Below, one piece after another: positions 18,161 through 20,000 of a DNA stretch of 20,000 nt. The notes beneath the pieces were generated by a model. The model made no database searches. It was given only the letters and a program-made list of their open reading frames with translations, and had not been told where the DNA came from. This stretch comes from an uncultured virus (IMG/VR IMGVR_UViG_3300002124_000007). Lineage: Duplodnaviria > Heunggongvirae > Uroviricota > Caudoviricetes. Where the stretch lies: the IMG/VR virus record IMGVR_UViG_3300002124_000007, positions 44,718 to 64,717 of that record; one strand, written 5' to 3'. Positions within the stretch are counted from its first letter, which is position 1, and every line of letters begins with the position of its first letter. The position numbers were made by a program, and so were the translations under genes.

Positions 18161-18355
18161 CTATCGAATTCCAGCAACTCCCTGCTTACGAAGAGCTTGC
18201 ACTACATCTACATTCAATGCAGCAAGAATGCTAAGAACAAGCCAAAGTACCTGCTCCTCAGTCAGAGGCAAATCAGGAACATAGTTATTGATGACCGCAT
18301 AAATAAATCCCGCGGCAAGAACTACAAGGTAATAAGGTACGGAAATATACATCAC
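18161..18355 (-). CDS. Small two-helix membrane protein (holin-like)
   Basis: Hydrophobic YYLVVLAAGFIYAVI and VLWLVLSILAALNV separated by a PDLPLTEEQ turn; basic C-terminus. Confidence 0.5.
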   Translation of the reverse strand: MMYISVPYYLVVLAAGFIYAVINNYVPDLPLTEEQVLWLVLSILAALNVDVVQALRKQGVAGIR

Positions 18356-18531
18356 TCACTCTCCTTTGATTCTAAATTCACAATATAATACGCCAGAGCT
18401 TTCTCCAAGTCAGTATAGAGAACTGCCCAACGTCTAGCCACAACTCCTCCTTGATTTTCAGAAGCAACCGCTTTTTCTGTATTACATTCAAACATCAAGG
18501 CGGTCAATTTTTCTCTAAAATTCTCTTCCAA
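18352..18531 (-). CDS. Small hypothetical protein
   Basis: Probable TTG start at 18531 after GGAGGT; ARRWAVLYTDLEKALAYY; stop overlaps the next ATG. Confidence 0.6.
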   Translation of the reverse strand: MEENFREKLTALMFECNTEKAVASENQGGVVARRWAVLYTDLEKALAYYIVNLESKESE

Positions 18532-18532
18532 T

Positions 18533-18832
18533 CTATACCTCCATCCAGGTTCGTTCCACACCATTTCCATGTCTATCCCCTGTCATCCATAAATTTACAT
18601 CCAATAAGTTAGCATATTCAAATGCTTGCTTGAATGTTCCATTATTACAGTTACAAGTTTTTTCTTTCTTTGTAAGCAGAGCCGGAGCATCTGACAAATC
18701 AACCCAAGCCATTACCACATGAAACTTGGGTTGAAATACATAGAACCTGTTTGTCTCCCCCATCCGAACGGTCTTGCCATTTGGGTTTATCGTCCACTTG
18801 AGAGCAATTTGACCCGACGTGTTCTTAATCAT
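18533..18832 (-). CDS. Hypothetical protein with a CxC motif
   Basis: 99 aa, AWVDLSDAPALL...TCNCNNG...FEYA; TATAAT 8 nt upstream of the ATG. Confidence 0.7.
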   Translation of the reverse strand: MIKNTSGQIALKWTINPNGKTVRMGETNRFYVFQPKFHVVMAWVDLSDAPALLTKKEKTCNCNNGTFKQAFEYANLLDVNLWMTGDRHGNGVERTWMEV

Positions 18833-18836
18833 TACT

Positions 18837-18869
18837 CACAATTATACACTAAACTGTATATAAATTGTG
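18837..18869. promoter_or_regulatory. Imperfect palindrome overlapping a minus-strand TATAAT
   Basis: CACAATTATACA-ctaaac-TGTAT(ata)AATTGTG; minus-strand TATAAT at 18846-18841. Confidence 0.45.
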
Positions 18870-18879
18870 TAGGAATTTT

Positions 18880-19155
18880 TTACTTACTATGAATCACGGC
18901 CTTGAGCCTTTGCAGAGCATCTTTGTACTGAACTGCATTGACCATAACACACCCATTTACCCAATCCCCTTCAATCTTTTCCAGGTCTTGACCATCTATA
19001 TTGATAGAAGTTCCAGACAGCGTTCCCGTTTCAAATAAAGGCTTAGGCGAAAAGAAAAACTCCATATGTCGAATATCCGTTTTGTCTGTACGTTCGTGCT
19101 TTGCTCCTAATGTCAACCAAGTTGCCGCTAAATAAATATCTTTTGTCGATTTCAT
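18880..19155 (-). CDS. DUF5659-like small protein
   Basis: MKSTKDIYLAATWLTLGAK...MEFFF ... VNAVQYKDALQRLKAVIH resembles the DUF5659 pattern; strong SD (AAGGGAGGAG). Confidence 0.6.
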   Translation of the reverse strand: MKSTKDIYLAATWLTLGAKHERTDKTDIRHMEFFFSPKPLFETGTLSGTSINIDGQDLEKIEGDWVNGCVMVNAVQYKDALQRLKAVIHSK

Positions 19156-19176
19156 AATATATGTTCTCCTCCCTTA

Positions 19177-19218
19177 AGTATAAAAGAGAAATGACACGGA
19201 ATCAACCATGTCATTTCT
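19177..19218 (-). promoter_or_regulatory. sigma70-like promoter (TTGATT-17-TATACT) overlapped by a 10-bp perfect dyad (operator and/or terminator hairpin)
   Basis: TTGATT at 19205-19200, TATACT at 19182-19177. AGAAATGACA (19187-19196) and TGTCATTTCT (19209-19218) bracket the -35. On the minus strand the hairpin is followed by CTTTTAT. Confidence 0.6.
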
Positions 19219-19222
19219 GTTC

Positions 19223-19279
19223 TCAATAGGAGCGTGATGTGCTTACAGTATATGGTGGAGAAGTTTCTTTCTGTGGCAT
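19223..19279 (-). CDS. Possible 18-aa mini-ORF (MPQKETSPPYTVSTSRSY)
   Basis: AGAGGA 4 nt before ATG 19279; lies between a promoter-like motif and the hairpin. Confidence 0.3.
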   Translation of the reverse strand: MPQKETSPPYTVSTSRSY

Positions 19280-19304
19280 CTTATCCTCTTTTCTATTTAA
19301 GAGA

Positions 19305-19332
19305 ATAATACCATGTTGCAAATTAGTTACAA
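19305..19332 (-). promoter_or_regulatory. sigma70-like promoter (TTGTAA-16-TATTAT, with extended TGn)
   Basis: TTGTAA at 19332-19327, TGG-TATTAT ending at 19305; just downstream of the cassette array. Confidence 0.45.
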
Positions 19333-19346
19333 GGTAGGATTAACCC

Positions 19347-19417
19347 TACTAATGGTTTGCATTAGCGGCGCGTGCCAACAGACCGCTTTCAATAGTCGGC
19401 TCCACGCTTTGTTGGGC
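19347..19417 (-). mobile_element. Degenerate, probably chimeric, terminal attC-like site
   Basis: Top strand GCCCAAC-AAAGCGTGGAGCCGAC...GCCGCTAATGCAAACC-ATTAGTA. R'' is canonical RYYYAAC, but R' reads ATT instead of GTT and the two arms pair poorly. Confidence 0.6.
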
Positions 19418-19546
19418 GGATTCAAGATCATCAAGAATGGCTATTAGCGTGCCGCATGAAATCGTGTAAGGCTCACTCATTCCAAGCCTAGACTTTCTAG
19501 CCATCTCTTTAGCCTTTTTGCGAATATCAATCAATCCTTGTTGCAT
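19349..19546 (-). CDS. Cassette-borne hypothetical protein (65 aa) reading through the terminal attC
   Basis: AGGAG SD before ATG 19546 (MQQGLIDIRKKAKEM...); the C-terminus AQQSVEPT...ANH is encoded by the attC-like sequence. Confidence 0.6.
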   Translation of the reverse strand: MQQGLIDIRKKAKEMARKSRLGMSEPYTISCGTLIAILDDLESAQQSVEPTIESGLLARAANANH

Positions 19547-19567
19547 ATTTCTCTCCTGGGCGAGTCT

Positions 19568-19766
19568 GCCCAACTGATTAGGCTTTAGCGGCGGGGCGTC
19601 CCCAATAACCCAAACTCGCTGCGCCATAATGTTTGCAATCAACACCACAAATGGGGCAATGTTTCACATCTGCGCCATAAGCACGATGCACGTGATGACA
19701 TTTCGGGCAAGGCTTATCAGCCCACCGCCACTCTGTAGCCTCGTCCGCTGCAAGCCTGTGTTCTAC
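19568..19766 (-). mobile_element. attC-like site, 199 bp, with a ~140-nt central loop
   Basis: R'' GTAGAAC (19766-19760), R' GTTGGGC (19574-19568). Bottom (+) strand stem AGGCTT-t-AGCGG-CGGGGC pairs with GCCTCG-T-CCGCT-Gc-AAGCCT, leaving extrahelical T19744 and G19750 on the R'' arm. Confidence 0.75.
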
Positions 19767-19886
19767 CGCCACAAGCCCCTCAAGTTCCTTGATAAGCGGC
19801 AGGATTACTTTATCCCAACGTTCCTGGGTTACATACACATCCTCTTCGTAGAGCGTGTCAATTGCCTTTTGGATTATTTCTTCCAT
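19578..19886 (-). CDS. Cassette-borne hypothetical protein with a C-terminal zinc ribbon encoded inside the attC loop
   Basis: AAGGA SD, ATG 19886; CPKC-x13-CPIC; stop at 19580-19578 lies just before R'. Confidence 0.7.
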   Translation of the reverse strand: MEEIIQKAIDTLYEEDVYVTQERWDKVILPLIKELEGLVAVEHRLAADEATEWRWADKPCPKCHHVHRAYGADVKHCPICGVDCKHYGAASLGYWGRPAAKA

Positions 19887-19912
19887 CGTTTTCCTTTCGT
19901 ACGCATGAGGCG

Positions 19913-20000
19913 GTAGAACGGTTGGCGTTACCCGCTTGGGGCAACGTCATCATTGCTATCATTCGCCTCAGCCCGCCCCAAGTCGGGTGCAAGCTGTGTT
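19913..20000 (-). mobile_element. attC-like site (R'' truncated by the window edge)
   Basis: Top strand AAC-ACA-GCTTGCACCCGACTTGGGGC...GCCCCAAGCGGGTAACGC-CAACC-GTTCTAC. Bottom-strand stem ACCCG-CTTGGGGC / GCCCCAAG-T-CGGGT-G with extrahelical T19983 and G19989. Confidence 0.78.

Noticed and set aside
19334..19349. Small hairpin GTAGG-attaac-CCTAC as a terminator after the array
   Set aside because: The stem is only 5-6 bp with no U-tract; too weak to call.
19547..19648. N-terminal extension of ORF 19349..19648, or a programmed frameshift with 19578..19886
   Set aside because: The extension crosses the attC and cassette boundary; a good SD precedes ATG 19546 and no slippery sequence is evident.
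465..19916. All plus-strand ORFs and nested alternate-frame minus-strand ORFs in the track (e.g. 1636..2022, 11995..12450, 17672..18055, 19629..19916, 425..736, 5395..5694)
   Set aside because: They lie over well-supported minus-strand genes, show no recognisable motifs, and the coupled minus-strand genes already tile the window.
19347..20000. Hairpins as CRISPR repeats, terminators or REP/MITE elements
   Set aside because: Repeats are not identical or regularly spaced and lack U-tracts and target duplications; AAC/GTT boundaries, extrahelical bases and cassette-end complementarity fit attC better.
1..20000. tRNA/rRNA genes, integrase, transposase, reverse transcriptase
   Set aside because: No such motifs were recognised and little intergenic space is available; any intI must lie outside the window.

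Overview
Phage-like (tailed phage or prophage) window with essentially all genes on the minus strand, tightly packed and often coupled by 4-bp (A/G)TGA overlaps. In transcription order (20000 to 1): (i) the 3' end of an integron-like gene-cassette array (19347-20000) with three attC-like sites, whose small ORFs read through the attC hairpins; (ii) a regulatory spacer with sigma70-like promoters, a dyad and a possible 18-aa mini-ORF, followed by a DUF5659-like gene and small genes; (iii) a ~16 kb glycan biosynthesis block (7 glycosyltransferases, RfbH/DdhC 3-dehydrase, two RmlD-like reductases, two further NDP-sugar epimerase/reductases, a B12-dependent radical SAM enzyme, two SAM methyltransferases), interleaved with small phage-type ORFs, a DUF5662-like HD protein and a lone TadE-like pseudopilin; (iv) the head-tail joining module (connector, head closure, HK97 gp10-like, tail terminator). 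The most notable observations are the cassette array with protein-coding attC sites in a phage context, and a large glycan pathway adjoining virion genes with no export or polymerase genes in view. All family calls come from motif recognition by eye; no searches were run.
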